A stretch of DNA of 64,000 bases from Geosiphon pyriformis uo1. Lineage: Eukaryota > Fungi > Glomeromycota. Positions within the stretch are counted from its first letter, which is position 1. Each line of letters opens with the position of its first letter. Both the position numbers and the translations under genes were made by a program. Positions 1 to 12,355 of this stretch are shown here, piece after piece. The notes below the pieces were generated by a model. The model worked only from the letters and a program-made list of their open reading frames with translations. It did not search any database and was not told where the DNA came from. The stretch spans positions 153,008 through 217,007 of the forward strand of contig JAAOMT010000603.1 in assembly GCA_016748015.1 (NCBI GenBank). Reading direction: 5' to 3'.

Positions 1-3000
1 ACTTACCAAATGGCAAAACTGCTAGTTTATTTAACATATTAAATGAACTTTAAAAGCATTGTGACAATAATATAATATAATGCTTTTTAAGTTTATTAAA
101 CTTTTATTTAACTCTTAGTAAAGTTCTAGTTTTTTGGAAGAGAACATAAATCTCAATAATTTTCAAATCTTACAATTAGAATAATATCTTAATAAATATA
201 TAATCTATTGTATTAATTAAAACAGCCAAAAAAATCCTGTCAAAGATTTTGTTAGACTGAATTTTGTTAGCTTGTACCAAGTGTAATGTTTTTTAAAATA
301 ACAATTTTTTAGTTTTAAAGAGTACTTCAACTTAATCTCCTGTGTTTACTGTTGGTTTAATTGTGAAAAATGCTTTGAAAAAAAATTATGAGGTTTGGTT
401 GGTTCTATAAAACATATGCAAAACTTATAATTCAGTTAAATAACATCATTTAGAAACTAGTTTAAGATATATTAAGATATGTGGCAGGTTTATTAAGTTC
501 TTTAATAACATATACAAAAACAGAATTAACAAAATAATAAAAATTTTGGTCTTTTAGATGATTACAAAGTGCAAAATAGGCTGGATTAAGATGAAGTGTT
601 TTCACCACTTTTGTAAAGAATTTTTTATAATTTTTTGCTATATAAAGTTAAAAAACAAAACTATTTGTGTAAATACAGAATTAATATAAACTTTGTAATA
701 AAGATAAGCAGAGTAGAAATGGGTAAAGATAAATTTTCTTTTTTTGCAACAGGTGCATTTGTCAATAATACAATTTGAGTGAAAAATAGTTAAATTTTAA
801 TGCAGTATATTTTAAATGTAATTAGTAAATTTTTTAAAATTAATAACATTTTTATTAATAATAATAAAACTGTGACAATTCTTATTAATTAAATGGTTAA
901 AAATACTTCTTTAAACATTAATAATTAGCCAATATTTATAGTAAAACATGGTAAATTTTATAGATACTTGGAGATATTTTTGTTAACAGAAGATATTTTT
1001 AAGTTCAATCTTGTTAAAGTATATTCAAATGTTAAGTTCTTTTCTAATTTGGTTCTCAGAAAGACATTGTTAAATAAACAATTTTTTTATTTGGTTTTAA
1101 TAATTTTACAGTCTATTATTAATTACTAAACATAGTTTAGTTTTATATTTAAAAATATATGCCAGAAATAAGACATTATATTAAGAAAAAAATTTAAGTT
1201 TAAGACTAATTTGCCAAAAATTTTTCTAACAAAACTTTGTACCACCTATTTTTTATGAATTAAAAATCTTTGAACAGATTTAAACAGAAAACAAGATTGC
1301 TTTATTGATTATGTTTTCTAATATATCTGGAATTAGAATGGACTTCAATAAATTTTTTACAATATTTTGTCAAATTAAAAGTCAGTTCTGTAAATAACTT
1401 TTTGGTAGATGTTATGAAAATTTTTTGAATAATAAAATCTCTATGACTAATAATTTGTTTAATGTTTTTTGTGGTTTAAAATACTTTCTAATATTAAAAA
1501 TTTTGGGAAAGTTTTTTTATTTTAATGTGGTTTACTTTTTGAAGTGTTTTGGTATTGTCTTTGATAACAGATTATTAAATAAACAAAAATTGATTATAAG
1601 TTAAAAAATTTTTTGTTAATAAAAGAGACTAAGTCCTAGAGGTTTGGTGTTATTGTAATTTAAAAAAGCTTCAGCTTATATAAGTGATTATTATATAAGA
1701 TCTGATAAGACTATTTGTTTCTGGTTGCTCAGATTTCTCTTACTTATCTGTTTTTTTGAACATTTATAACTATTTGCACAGATTGTGGACTGACATATTT
1801 AATGTTTATACAGATAAATTATTGAAGCAATTAGATATTGCAGAAGTAGCTAATAGAACAGCAGTTTATTTTTCTAATATTGAAATTAATATGAACATAA
1901 AAATACATAAGATACTGTCTTTTACAATATTAAAGCTTTAGACAATTTTTTTAGTATTAGAATGCATTTTTTTATTATGCTTAATAATAGTATATATAAA
2001 TAGTTAAGCAGTTTTAAATACATGTATTTTAAAAATTGAGCTTCTTCTATCAGACTTTTGGAATAAATGCTAAGTAAAAAAACATTATATAATTAATTTA
2101 ATTAAGTCTAAGAATATTTTTATTAAGTAAGTAAAGATTAAAGATCATTCAAAAGACATTAATAATAACAAAGCTAATATTTTTGCATATAATACAGCAA
2201 TCTCTAACTTTGTTTTTTTTATTTGAGTTCATAAAAAATTTATTATGACTAATGACTGGGTTGTATTAGAAAATGCTTGCTATTTTGTTTGAAATATTTA
2301 TAAAACAGTTTGTAAAGCTTAATAAAAGACTAATCCAAGTGCAAAGATTGTGGATAAAACATTAATTGGATCCATAAAAAAGTTAGTATTATAGCAGTTT
2401 GACATTTAAACTTATATATGTTTTTAGAATTTATAAACAAAGTTTTAACAACTCTCTGCATATATTTAATGAAAATAGTTCATAGAAGATCGCCAATTGC
2501 TGTCAAAAAAAGACTCTATAATTAAAGTTATCCAGAAGTTTTGTGTTTAATGTGTAGTAATATTAAACTCCTTAATCATGTTTTTACTTGCTTAAAAAAC
2601 ACTATAATATATTCTGAAATTTTGCTAAACTATATTAATTTGTGAAAATTTTTAATAGATAAATGCTTTTTATTATTGTTTTCAGTATTATATATTCTTT
2701 TTTTAAGGATATTAGATATTGGTGTTTATGAAATTTTGTATAAAAGTTTTGTTTTTAAAAAATAGACTAATAAGGCAGTTTTGGTCTTTAAAGATAGAAA
2801 AAAATCTAGATTAGTGGTAGTTAATTTTTCTTATTGTTTGGTTAAAAACCATTAAAATAAGTTGTAATTATTTAAAGTAAAATTTAATATAAACATGAAA
2901 AAAAGTGGCTTAGTTAGTAATATAGAAATAGTTCTTACTATTTTTTTTGCTGTGTCTAATTGTTTATTGGTGAGTGTTGTTTATTTGTTTGGTATTATTA

Positions 3001-3220
3001 AGTTATTTGCTATTAGTTTTGGTTTGCATAAGACTTGTTTTTTTTTAAGTATTTATAATAATATAAGAATATATATGAATACATAATATTGTCTTAATTG
3101 GTTTAAGTGGCCAGTTATATATAGAAAGCACATAAACCATATTTAGTTAAACTTACTTAGTTTGTTTTTGTGTATTAAATAGTAGTTGAATTACATTTAT
3201 TAAATATTTAATAATAATAA
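1..3220 (+). mobile_element. LINE copy 1 (heavily decayed 3' part: RT, RNase H, C-terminal Zn finger, 3' UTR, (TAA)n tail); truncated by window start
   Basis: Colinear with ORF2 of the better-preserved copy at 44815-49456: GAFVNNT RT motif ~750, YTD RNase H motif ~1806, CxxC..H..C ~2545, ORF end 3086, homologous 3' UTR, and taataataataa ~3209-3220. Many stops. Confidence 0.88.
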
Positions 3221-3406
3221 AAAATATTTTTTGTTTGTGCTAATATAATTAAAAATAAAGTCATAGAATTTTATATCTTAAATAAACAAAAATTAAAAAT
3301 AAATACTATCTTTATTATAAAATGTTTTATTATTTTACTTATATTTATAATATAATAAATATACTTAAGTACATTAAATTTTTAAACATTTTTTAATTAA
3401 GATTCT

Positions 3407-3803
3407 AATATTTAATTTGGTTTAGTTTAAGTTTAAGCAAATTATTAAATTAAATTAAACTTAAACAAAAACTTTAGCTAAATTTCAAACTTAAACTTAA
3501 ACCAAACTTAAAAAAAAAATTTTTTTAAAAGTTTATTTATTATGTAAAAATTAGAAAATAAATTATTTAAATAAATAAATAACTTATAATTTTTTTATTT
3601 TATTAAAATAATTAATAAACAAGTTATATCAAAAAAAAAATTTTTTTAATTTTATTAAGTTTAATCAAGTTTATAAACTTTAAACCAGACTTAAACCAAA
3701 TTTAAACTTGCCAAAAAGTTTAACTTCAAATTTAAATTGAACTTACTTTGAAAATTTAGTTTAATTCAAGTTTAATTTATAATTTAAACCAAACTTGAAC
3801 AGT
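3407..3803. repeat. Possible decayed MITE-like element built of AAAC(T/C)(T/A) short repeats
   Basis: Left end tttaatttggtttagtttaag is roughly the inverse of right end tttaaaccaaacttgaacagt; internal aaactt/aaacc repeats occur in both orientations. Confidence 0.3.
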
Positions 3804-5359
3804 ATTCAAAATTCAATTTTATTTAATTTTATAAAATTCTTATTTTTAATAATAAAGCTTTATTTTTGTTATTGTTTATTATATCAATAACAATTAAAAT
3901 TTTTAATAAACAATAATTGATTTTAATTTAATAAGTATATAATAAAATAAATATTGCTAATAGATTTTTTAAAATATTAAATAATTATAAAATTATATTA
4001 AAAATATATATTTATATTTTTTGCATAAATATAAGTTAATTGATGACCAATAATAAAATTAACATATTATATAGCAAATTAGTATTATCTAAAACTTAAA
4101 AATACTATAGTGCTTATATTATTAAAAATTTTATTTTCTTAATATTAATTTAAATAGTTTTTATTATTGTTTTAAGCTAAATTTTTAGCCAAAAAAGTTA
4201 TATTTACTTTTTTTTTTATAATTTTATTAGTTATTAAATTAATTTTTTTTAACAGTTTTTTGTTATTACTTTAGATAATACTATAAATAATAGTATTTTT
4301 ATAAAAAAATTAAAAAAAAAAACATTTAATGAAATTAAAACACTTTTAATTTTAATGTTTTAATCATATTTTTAACTTAATAGTACAAATAATTTTAAAT
4401 AAAATAAAAAATCATATTTTTAAGATATTTATTAAAAATCCAAACCAAATATAATTTACTTAAAATTTTTTTAATATAAAATTTGTATAATTTAAGATTA
4501 GAAAACTTAACTCTAAAATTTATATTTTGGTTTAATATTTTAAATTTTTTGAATATATCTGTAATATATATTAAATTAAATACCATAAATTTATTTTAAA
4601 TTGTTTTATTTAATAGAATTATACTTATAATATAATTAAAAATAAATTATTTTTAAAATTAACAAGTTTTTTATTTTTTATTTTATATATTTTAAATACA
4701 AAAATTTTAATTATAAATTTATAGATACTTAATATTTTTATTAATACTTATATTAACTTTTATTAATATTTTATTTTAAGTTGTTTTTAATAAAATTACT
4801 AAATTTTTTGAATTATTTAAAAATATTATAATTAAAATGTTAATTAGTTTAAATAATACTGCTTTTTTAATTATAATTATGTTAAAAACATAGTTAATAA
4901 TAATAAATTTGATAAAACATTATAATTTAACATATTTAATATTAAATTTAATATTTATTATAATAGTTAAAACAGTAAAAAAAAAGTTGATTGGATTTTA
5001 CTTTAAAACAAATATAATTATAATGTTTTATATTATATTATATTCAAAAAAAATTTTTATTATTTTACAAAGAAAAAATTTTCAAATAAAAATATTAATA
5101 AAATAAAAAAATTATGAATTATTTTTTTATTCAAATAGTTTTATTTTTCAATTCTTATATAATAAATAAAATTTTAGAATACATATTAACTATTATATTT
5201 ATATCAATAAAAAATTTTACAATCTTAAATATAATAATTAAAAAAATATTCTTTCTCTTGATAATTTCCTGATCACAACAAAAACTAGAATATACTAAAG
5301 AAATAAATTTTCTTTATTCTTTATTTCCTTTATCTTCATAGTTATTTCTTTCAATATAT

Positions 5360-6035
5360 TGTTATGGGTTGGAGTAACAAGCTAATGAATAGCAAGGGAA
5401 AACAGGATTGTAGGGTGATGAAAATAATCAAAGAAAATTCAACTTCAAAGAGCAAATTGAATGAGTATAGATTCAATGTGTAAGATCAGTCTCATAAAAT
5501 ATCTCAGTTGCTATGCTTTTTAAAGTAACCGGGGAATCTGAAGGTAGAGGGATAGTCCATACTGTCAACAAATGATTACACTTGGTATAATTCTATGCCT
5601 TACATCAGCACTCTTAGAATTCAATATCAAGTATCAAATGTGTTCTTCAGTCACATTTTATTCAATAATCTCCAAATATTGCAATTACATGTTTTAAAAA
5701 AAGGCAAATAAACACCAACAAGTAATTTTTTATTCCAAAGATGTTCGGATACTTGAAGGTAAAGAAAGAGAAATTAGCAATAAGAAAATGATTGAAATGA
5801 AAGTTGTTATTTTATTTATTTAATTTCTTGATTTTTGACATGATTTTCTACAGCTAAGAGATTCACTGCTTATATAGTTGTCAAAAGTGGTCAATAACCA
5901 GGTCAATGATCAAGTCAACAGTCAAGTCATTGATCAAGTCAATGATCACTATCTAAAAATAGGATGGCTAATTATATAACATTAGTGGCTAATATATGTG
6001 ATAACTAATAAAAACTATGAGTTTCAACTGTAACA
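5360..6035 (-). repeat. E1 3' LTR (676 bp)
   Basis: Direct repeat of 12356-13103; adjacent to the PPT. Confidence 0.96.
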
Positions 6036-6661
6036 TCATTCTCTCCAAAGAGATTGAGCTCTGGTGAAATCAAACTATACATAAAATAATCTATTTGAAG
6101 AGTTTTATCTAATTCAAAACTAACTAGTTTGTTGAAGTCTTTTGTGGATAAGGTGTATAATACTTGGAGTAAAATAAGTTTTGTATCCAAGAGACCAAAT
6201 CTTTGTATAAGAGTTTTGGTTCTTCTTGCAATGGTTAAAACTCTTTAGACATTCAACCGTATAATGCCCAAAATTTCCACTTGTATTTCAGAAGTTGTTT
6301 TCTTCATGAGCTTCATGTCTTCTATAATTTCACCAAGGCAACCATAGAGTTCTAATTGTCTTCCATATGACAAGTTTTTGTTTATGGGGAAAATTTCTTT
6401 AATTGTTTTTCCAATTATGATGGAAGGTGCAAGTATCACTGCTGTTATGCTTTCCAGCAGATACTTATCCATTTTGCTACCAATTTTTTCTCTTCTGGTT
6501 GTTGTTTTCTTAGATTTAATAACAGTATGTGTTCCACTGTTATCAGTTATGATGGTCTGTTTTCCAATGGTTAAAGTAGCATTTGGATAGTTTTTGATCC
6601 AATACTCATAAAGAGTATAGAAAGCATTTTGAATGTTTTGATCCAGAAAATAATTATTCAT
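6005..6661 (-). pseudogene. E1 ORF3, accessory protein of unknown function (~218 aa, one internal stop at 6245-6247)
   Basis: ORFs 6245-6661 and 6005-6190 are in the same frame, separated by one TAA and 18 open codons; homologous by eye to ORF3 of E2 and E3. Confidence 0.75.
6036..6050 (-). promoter_or_regulatory. E1 polypurine tract
   Basis: Minus strand TTTGGAGAGAATGA immediately before the TGTTA of the 3' LTR. Confidence 0.75.
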
Positions 6662-6753
6662 GTTGATTGAAAATACCTCTGTTTTGGAAATAGTGCATTT
6701 ATTTATATCTGATTTTTGCTGATTATTTGGGTCAGTATTACCACAACAGATAA

Positions 6754-8015
6754 CTAATTAGATTGTTTGTGATATTTCTTAAGTTGCGTACTATAAACAG
6801 AATAATTTTTGAATATTGTTCTATATTGATTTTGTAGAATATAAGAACCATTGTTCAAAACTTTGTTGACTATAAAGAGTCCTTTCCACTGGCTAGAAAA
6901 TTTATCACCATAAACATTGTCTCTGTTTGAATGATATTCCAAAACTAAGTTACCAACACTTAGAGAAAGTGTTTTATAAGTTTTCTTCTTCTTAAGTTTT
7001 TCTTGGAACTGTTTTATCTTTTCAAAGACAATTATCCGGGCCTTTACAAGTGAGTCAAGAATGGTACCAAGTCTTCTTTGCAAAATGTCTTTGTAATTCT
7101 CTATTGTAATTTCTTCAAAGAGTATTGTCTCAATATCAATTTCTATTGGTAGAGTTGCCATTCTTCCATAGAACAGATAAAAAGATTCATAACTTGTTAT
7201 GTCATGATTCACAGTTCTATAAGCAAACAAAGCTGAAAGCAGTACTTTGTCACATAGGTTTGTTTCTTCACTGGTTTTGGCTAAGGTTTCACATAATGTT
7301 CTATTAAAACGTTTTACTAAGCCATTTGTTTGGAGGTAATAAAGAGAGGAAAGTTTATGACATATTCCCATTTTCCTGCAAAGTTCTTCATCAGTGTACT
7401 GAGAAAAGCTTTTCTTCTATTAGATAAAAGTTCTTTGAGACAGCCATGACAGCAAATAATATCTTCATAAATAAAGTTAGCTATTAAGACTGCTGTTTAG
7501 TCTGGAGTGGCTCTTGTTTCTACTCACTTTGTAAGATAGTCAGTAGCTGTAATAATGAATCTGTTGCCATCAAGAGTTATTGTTAAAGGTCCAACAACAT
7601 CTATAACAATTCTGTTAAATGGTTGACCAACAGAGATTAAATGGATATCTTCTTTGCGATTGGGTTTGCCTCTTCTTTGGCAAATGTCACAGGTCTTGAT
7701 GTATTTAACAATGTCTTTTCCCAAGGTAGGCCAATAGTAGCGAGCCAAAGTTTTCTGGATTGTTTTTGTTTTTCCAAAATGTCCAGCTAATAGATCAGTA
7801 TGCATGTTGTAGATTACAATTTCTTTTTTTTCAAATCTTATAACTCTCTGGGGATGGTCAGGATCTTTTCTGTTTCTTTTGTATAACTGGTTTTGATGGA
7901 TCAAATAGAAAATTGATTGTTTGTGCAATTGTTTTCTTTGTTGTCAAGTGTAGTCCAGTGGGTATTGTCCTTTACCCAAAAATTCCATTAAGGCAAAATA
8001 GTTGTCCAAATCCAT
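6754..8015 (-). pseudogene. int: E1 integrase, separate ORF with own ATG (MDLDNYFAL...)
   Basis: HHCC (MHTD..GH...CDIC), IDVVGPL, QTNGLVKRFNRTL core, degenerate GPY/F (WKGLF); ATG 8015 is in frame with ORF 7524-7928. Confidence 0.92.
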
Positions 8016-8079
8016 TATTGTGTTTGTTTATGAGGGAGTTACTAATAATTAAGTTGGTTTAGTTTGAGAGATTGTACTG

Positions 8080-10762
8080 TCACTGAATGGTAAGTCTAGA
8101 GAGAGCATCAGCATTTTGATAATTAGCTCCTTTGTAGTGTTGAATATCATAGTCGAATTCATCCAGATGAAGTATCCAGCGAGTTATCTGTTTATGTTTC
8201 AGATTCTTTTTATTGTGCAGCTAAACCAAGACTTGATGATCTGTTACTACCAGGAATTTGGCACCAAGAAGATATTGGTTCCAATAGCTAGTAGCCCAGA
8301 CTACTGTTAAACATTCTTGTTCAGTTACTGAATAGTTCTTTTCTGCTGATGTGAGAGATTTACTGGCATATGCTATAGCATGTTTTCTGCCATTTTCATC
8401 TTTTTGTAAGAGTACAGCACCAAGTTTATAACCAGATGCATCAGTGTGAAGGAAAAAAGGTTGGTCCAAATCAGGTTGCTTAAGGATTGGTTCAGTAACA
8501 AGTTTTTCCTTCAGGATTTCAAAGGCTTTTTGTTGATGTGTGCTCCAGTAGTAATTAACATTTTTTCTGAGTAGCTGGTTGAGAAAAGGCAATTTTGGAA
8601 AAATTTTTGATGAATTTGTGATAGTAAGAAGCCAAACTAAGGAAAAAGTGTAGTTCAGAAACATTTATTGGTTGTCTAATGTTTTGAACTTTTTCAATTT
8701 TGGCTGGGTCAGGGAAGATTCCATCTTTTGTAATAAGATGACCAAGGAACTAAGTGGATTGGCATCCAAAGAAAGATTTAATTGGGTTGATCTTAAGACC
8801 AGCATTTCTGAGCAGATCAAAAATCTTTTGCAAATGTTTGAGGTGTTTATTCCAGATTTTTGAATATACCATTATGTCATCCAAGTAAACCAGAACAAAG
8901 TTTTTTTTTACTGATTCAAACACTTTATCCATTAGGCGTTAAAAGGTGAGAGGAACATTGATGAGACCAAAAGACATGACTGTGAATTTATAGGTGCCAT
9001 ACTTAGTAATGAAAGCAGTTTTCTTTCTGCTTTCTGGATCCATCTTTACTTGCCAGAATCCAGCAGTTAAATCAATGGTTGAGAAAAAAGCAGCACTATT
9101 AAATTTATCTAGCATTGCATCAATTTTGGGAAGTGGGTACATGTCTCTTATAGTAATGGCATTTAATTGGCAGTAGTCAACACAAAAGCATAGAGTTCCA
9201 TCTTTCTTGAATACTACTACAACTGGAAAAGCCCATTCACTCTTGGTTTCTTGTATGAATCCAAGATCTTTCATCCTGTTTATCTCTTTCTTGATAAACT
9301 CATTATTACGACAATTGGATTGATAAGGCTTCAAATGTATAGAGCAAGTTTCTTTGGTTGTGATGATGTGTTGTATCACATAGATTTGTTCAGGGGTATC
9401 ACCTTCTTTTGAGATAACTGGGCTGTTTCTAGCCAATAGGTTTTTAATATCTACTTTTTTTTCTTCTGGAGAAGATTCTCTTTGTTCTACAACAAGTGAT
9501 TGAATCTCAGGTGGTTCATTTTCAAAGAACTTCTGTACTTTTTTTATTTCTTCTTTGGGTATTAAACTGATTGGTTTCCAATCTTTGTAATAGATTAAGC
9601 AAAATTTGCATTCATTACTGGGAGAATACAAAAATTTATTGCACCAGCATCTGGCACAAGAGCCATGTCACCAATAACTATATTTGGCTTTCTTGTCAGG
9701 CTTTTGGTCAAAGATTTTTCTAAGGATATTATAATAGGGCCAGCAGATCAGCTTGTCATTTACCATGATTTCTTTTTTATCTGCTTTGACATTATCTAAT
9801 GGTTTGCCATTGCTGGTAAAGATAGTGTAGGCAAGTTTAGCAGTTTCTTCTTGTTCATCTTCTTTATCACTTTCTTCATCATCTGACTCATCTGATTGCT
9901 CTTCTTCTTGGTTTTGTTTGGGTATTGGAGGAGTTGTCCAATGGTGATACTTAACCACAATGGGTTTCTTACCATATTTGATGGTCAGTTTACAGAGTTT
10001 ATAATCAAACAAGGCTTTTGTTTTCTTGAGCCATTCATTGCCAACTATTATGGTGTATTCTTTTGCTTCAGATACTTCTATGTTAGTTTCAATACTGATG
10101 TCATTGATTCAGACAAGAACAGCTTTGGCTATACCTAGATCTTTTTTCTTGTTACCATGTATATTGGTCATCAGTCATGTGGATGGTTCATCAATCTTTC
10201 TGCCAATTGTTTCTAAGAAGTGTTTGGCAATGATGCTAATAGATGATCTACTGTCCAGAATTAGATCAATGAAGTAACCAGCCACTTGGGCCTTACAAAT
10301 GAGAGGGGTAACATTGTTGTTGTTAGCAAGTCTAGCTTGGCATGGGCACTTGTTGGTTTTTAGTGTTTTTTTCTTAGGAATCAAAGATTTGCGAAGGTCT
10401 TTTCTGAATTTGGGATGAGTCTTTAACTGGCCAAAGATAATGTGTGCAGAAGTTTCCATGAGATCTTTGACAATGGAATAAGAACCAGATTTTTGCATTA
10501 TTTCTGGGGGTTTCAACTTTGGAGAATTCTTGAATACTTTAGTCTTTGGTGGCTCATTGTTGTTAGCAGTTGAAGTGGATGGTTTGTTTGGATCCAGAAT
10601 GAAATCAACCTTGGTCTTCTTCTTCTTCTTGGTTGATTCTGAAGTATTGATTGCTAGTTCATCCATGTTATGGTCATCATTAATTAAGTTAAAAGCATAA
10701 AAGGAGTTTTTTTCTAGTTGGTTTGCACTCTTACCCTTTGGAGGTATGCCTACTAGTTTAAA
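8080..10762 (-). pseudogene. pol: E1 pol: aspartic protease - short Cys motif - RT - RNase H, ending at TGA 8080-8082
   Basis: LILDS(R/G)S protease, CARCWC..CKFC, FCVDY, YLDD ~8880, TDASG..YAS, NADALSRLTIQ*. Confidence 0.93.
10753..10762 (-). promoter_or_regulatory. E1 gag-pol -1 ribosomal frameshift slippery site U_UUA_AAC followed by UAG
   Basis: Gag frame reads TCT TTA AAC TAG. The -1 frame (TTT AAA CTA GTA GGC...) is open into the protease-containing ORF 10175-10666. Confidence 0.75.
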
Positions 10763-12303
10763 GACTGATAAACAGTAGCTTCAACTAAGAGATTCTCTCC
10801 AAAGAAATTAATGTTGGCATGATTAGGTCTTTGATTGAGAATATTAATATTGTTGAGTCTGTTATTCTGGGTGTTATTATTTCTAGGAGCTGGAAAGGGC
10901 AATAGAGGATTGTTACAGTCTCTGAAAAAGTGTTCAGTTAGTTCACAGCAATAATACACAGGTAGACCATGATTTTGCTGTCTTTGATATGGTGGTTGCT
11001 GGAGTTGATTAAAATAGGGTTCAAATCTGGGTCTTTGGGGTTGTTGATTCTCTTTGACAGCTTGGGCTAAAGATTTCAGTAATTGGGCAAGATTAGCTGT
11101 AAGTCTATCTATTAACTGTTTATTTGGGTCTTGAGTTTGGGCAGCAAAAGAGACAGCAGCTATTTGTGGAGCTAGAGTCATGACAGAAGCAGAAGCAAAA
11201 ACTGGAAGTGTGGATCCCAAATGCATCCTTTGGTTATCTTCAATTCTTTGTGCCAGTTCAATATCCATGTCCATTGTTGGGTTGTCTTTTAAAGCCAAGA
11301 GAGGCCAAAGAGCATACGATAAATCAGTTTTTAATTCTTTTGTGAAGAAATAAATCTTTTATCCTTCTGTCCAGTTTCTCCCAGAGTCTACACGTTTGAT
11401 TAGCTTTCTGATAGCTTTGGCATATTCAGTCACTACTTCTCTAGGGCCTTGGGTTCTTCTTTCCAATTCCATGTGCCATTTGGATATTAATATTGGGGTT
11501 CTGAACTTGGTCTCAAACCGGGTGATAAAAGAGGTATTTTTTTCTCCAGCATTGTTTGGTGTCTATTTGATTATTCTGTGTTGAGCATTGGCATCTGTTT
11601 CTTATGAGAACCAGGTAGCAGAAGAGCCTTGAAGGTAGCCACCAACAATTTGGAACTTGTATTCTTTATCATACTGGTTGGCTGTAACAGTTCTCTCAAA
11701 ATCATCTAACCATTCAATTGGATCTTGTGCATCACCTCTAAATAGTAGTAGTGGGATATTGTTTCTTCTTCCTAGAGCAGTTTGTATACTTTGGAGGGCA
11801 GCCAGAATGTTTGCTTGTATGGGGTCATTAGCCATTAGTTCAGGGATAACTGTTTGTATAGATGAGTCTGATTCACTTGATAAAAGATCAAAAACAGGAG
11901 CAGTTTGGTAGCTTTCTTCTTCTGTTTCAAAAGGAGTTTCAGTTGCTTAATGGGCAGCAATCCAAATGTGGATTTGATGATTCAGATATTCGAAATCAGG
12001 GGGCTGTTGTTCAAAGATTGCAGAATATAAGAGCTGATTGATACTGTTGTTTCTTTCTTTAAAGTCATTTTTAAAATAAGCTTGGTCAAAGTAATAGGTT
12101 GTATAAGCTGTATAGGTTTCAACTGAATGCTCATTCAGGAACCAGTTCCAAAAGTCTTGGAATTGTCTGCTGGATTGTTTTTCAATGGGGAAACAAATCA
12201 AGCAGGAGGACAAAAGATTGAGTTCAATAAAGTCTAGATCATTTTTGTTGTGTGCTTTAAAGTGTTTTTCTGATTATTGTGGCAGGTATAAATAATTACC
12301 CAT
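10753..12303 (-). pseudogene. gag: E1 gag with ~156-aa N-terminal extension (MGNYL...), capsid domain from ATG 11835, CCHC knuckle
   Basis: 12303, 12213, 11835 and 11298 share one frame; FRGDAQDPIEWLDDFE capsid motif; degenerate Cx2Cx4Hx4C (~10920-10960). Confidence 0.88.
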
Positions 12304-12331
12304 ACAATAGGAAACAAAGTGGATTTTGACA

Positions 12332-12349
12332 ACCTTACAAGGAGCACCA
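12332..12349 (-). promoter_or_regulatory. E1 primer-binding site TGGTGCTCCTTGTAAGG
   Basis: TGG-start sequence 6 nt inside the 5' LTR; nearly identical to the E2 PBS. Confidence 0.85.
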
Positions 12350-12355
12350 CTTTTA

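Noticed and set aside
4395-5106. Short ORFs in AT-rich spacers (also 41129, 42555)
   Set aside because: I/L/F/K/N-only composition typical of random AT-rich DNA; no host gene, tRNA or rRNA recognised in the window.
10735-10772. 38-nt GT...AG segment whose removal would also fuse E1 gag and pol (mini-intron)
   Set aside because: Very short for a spliceosomal intron and a poor donor (GTTTAT); the in-phase UUUAAAC slippery site explains the junction better.
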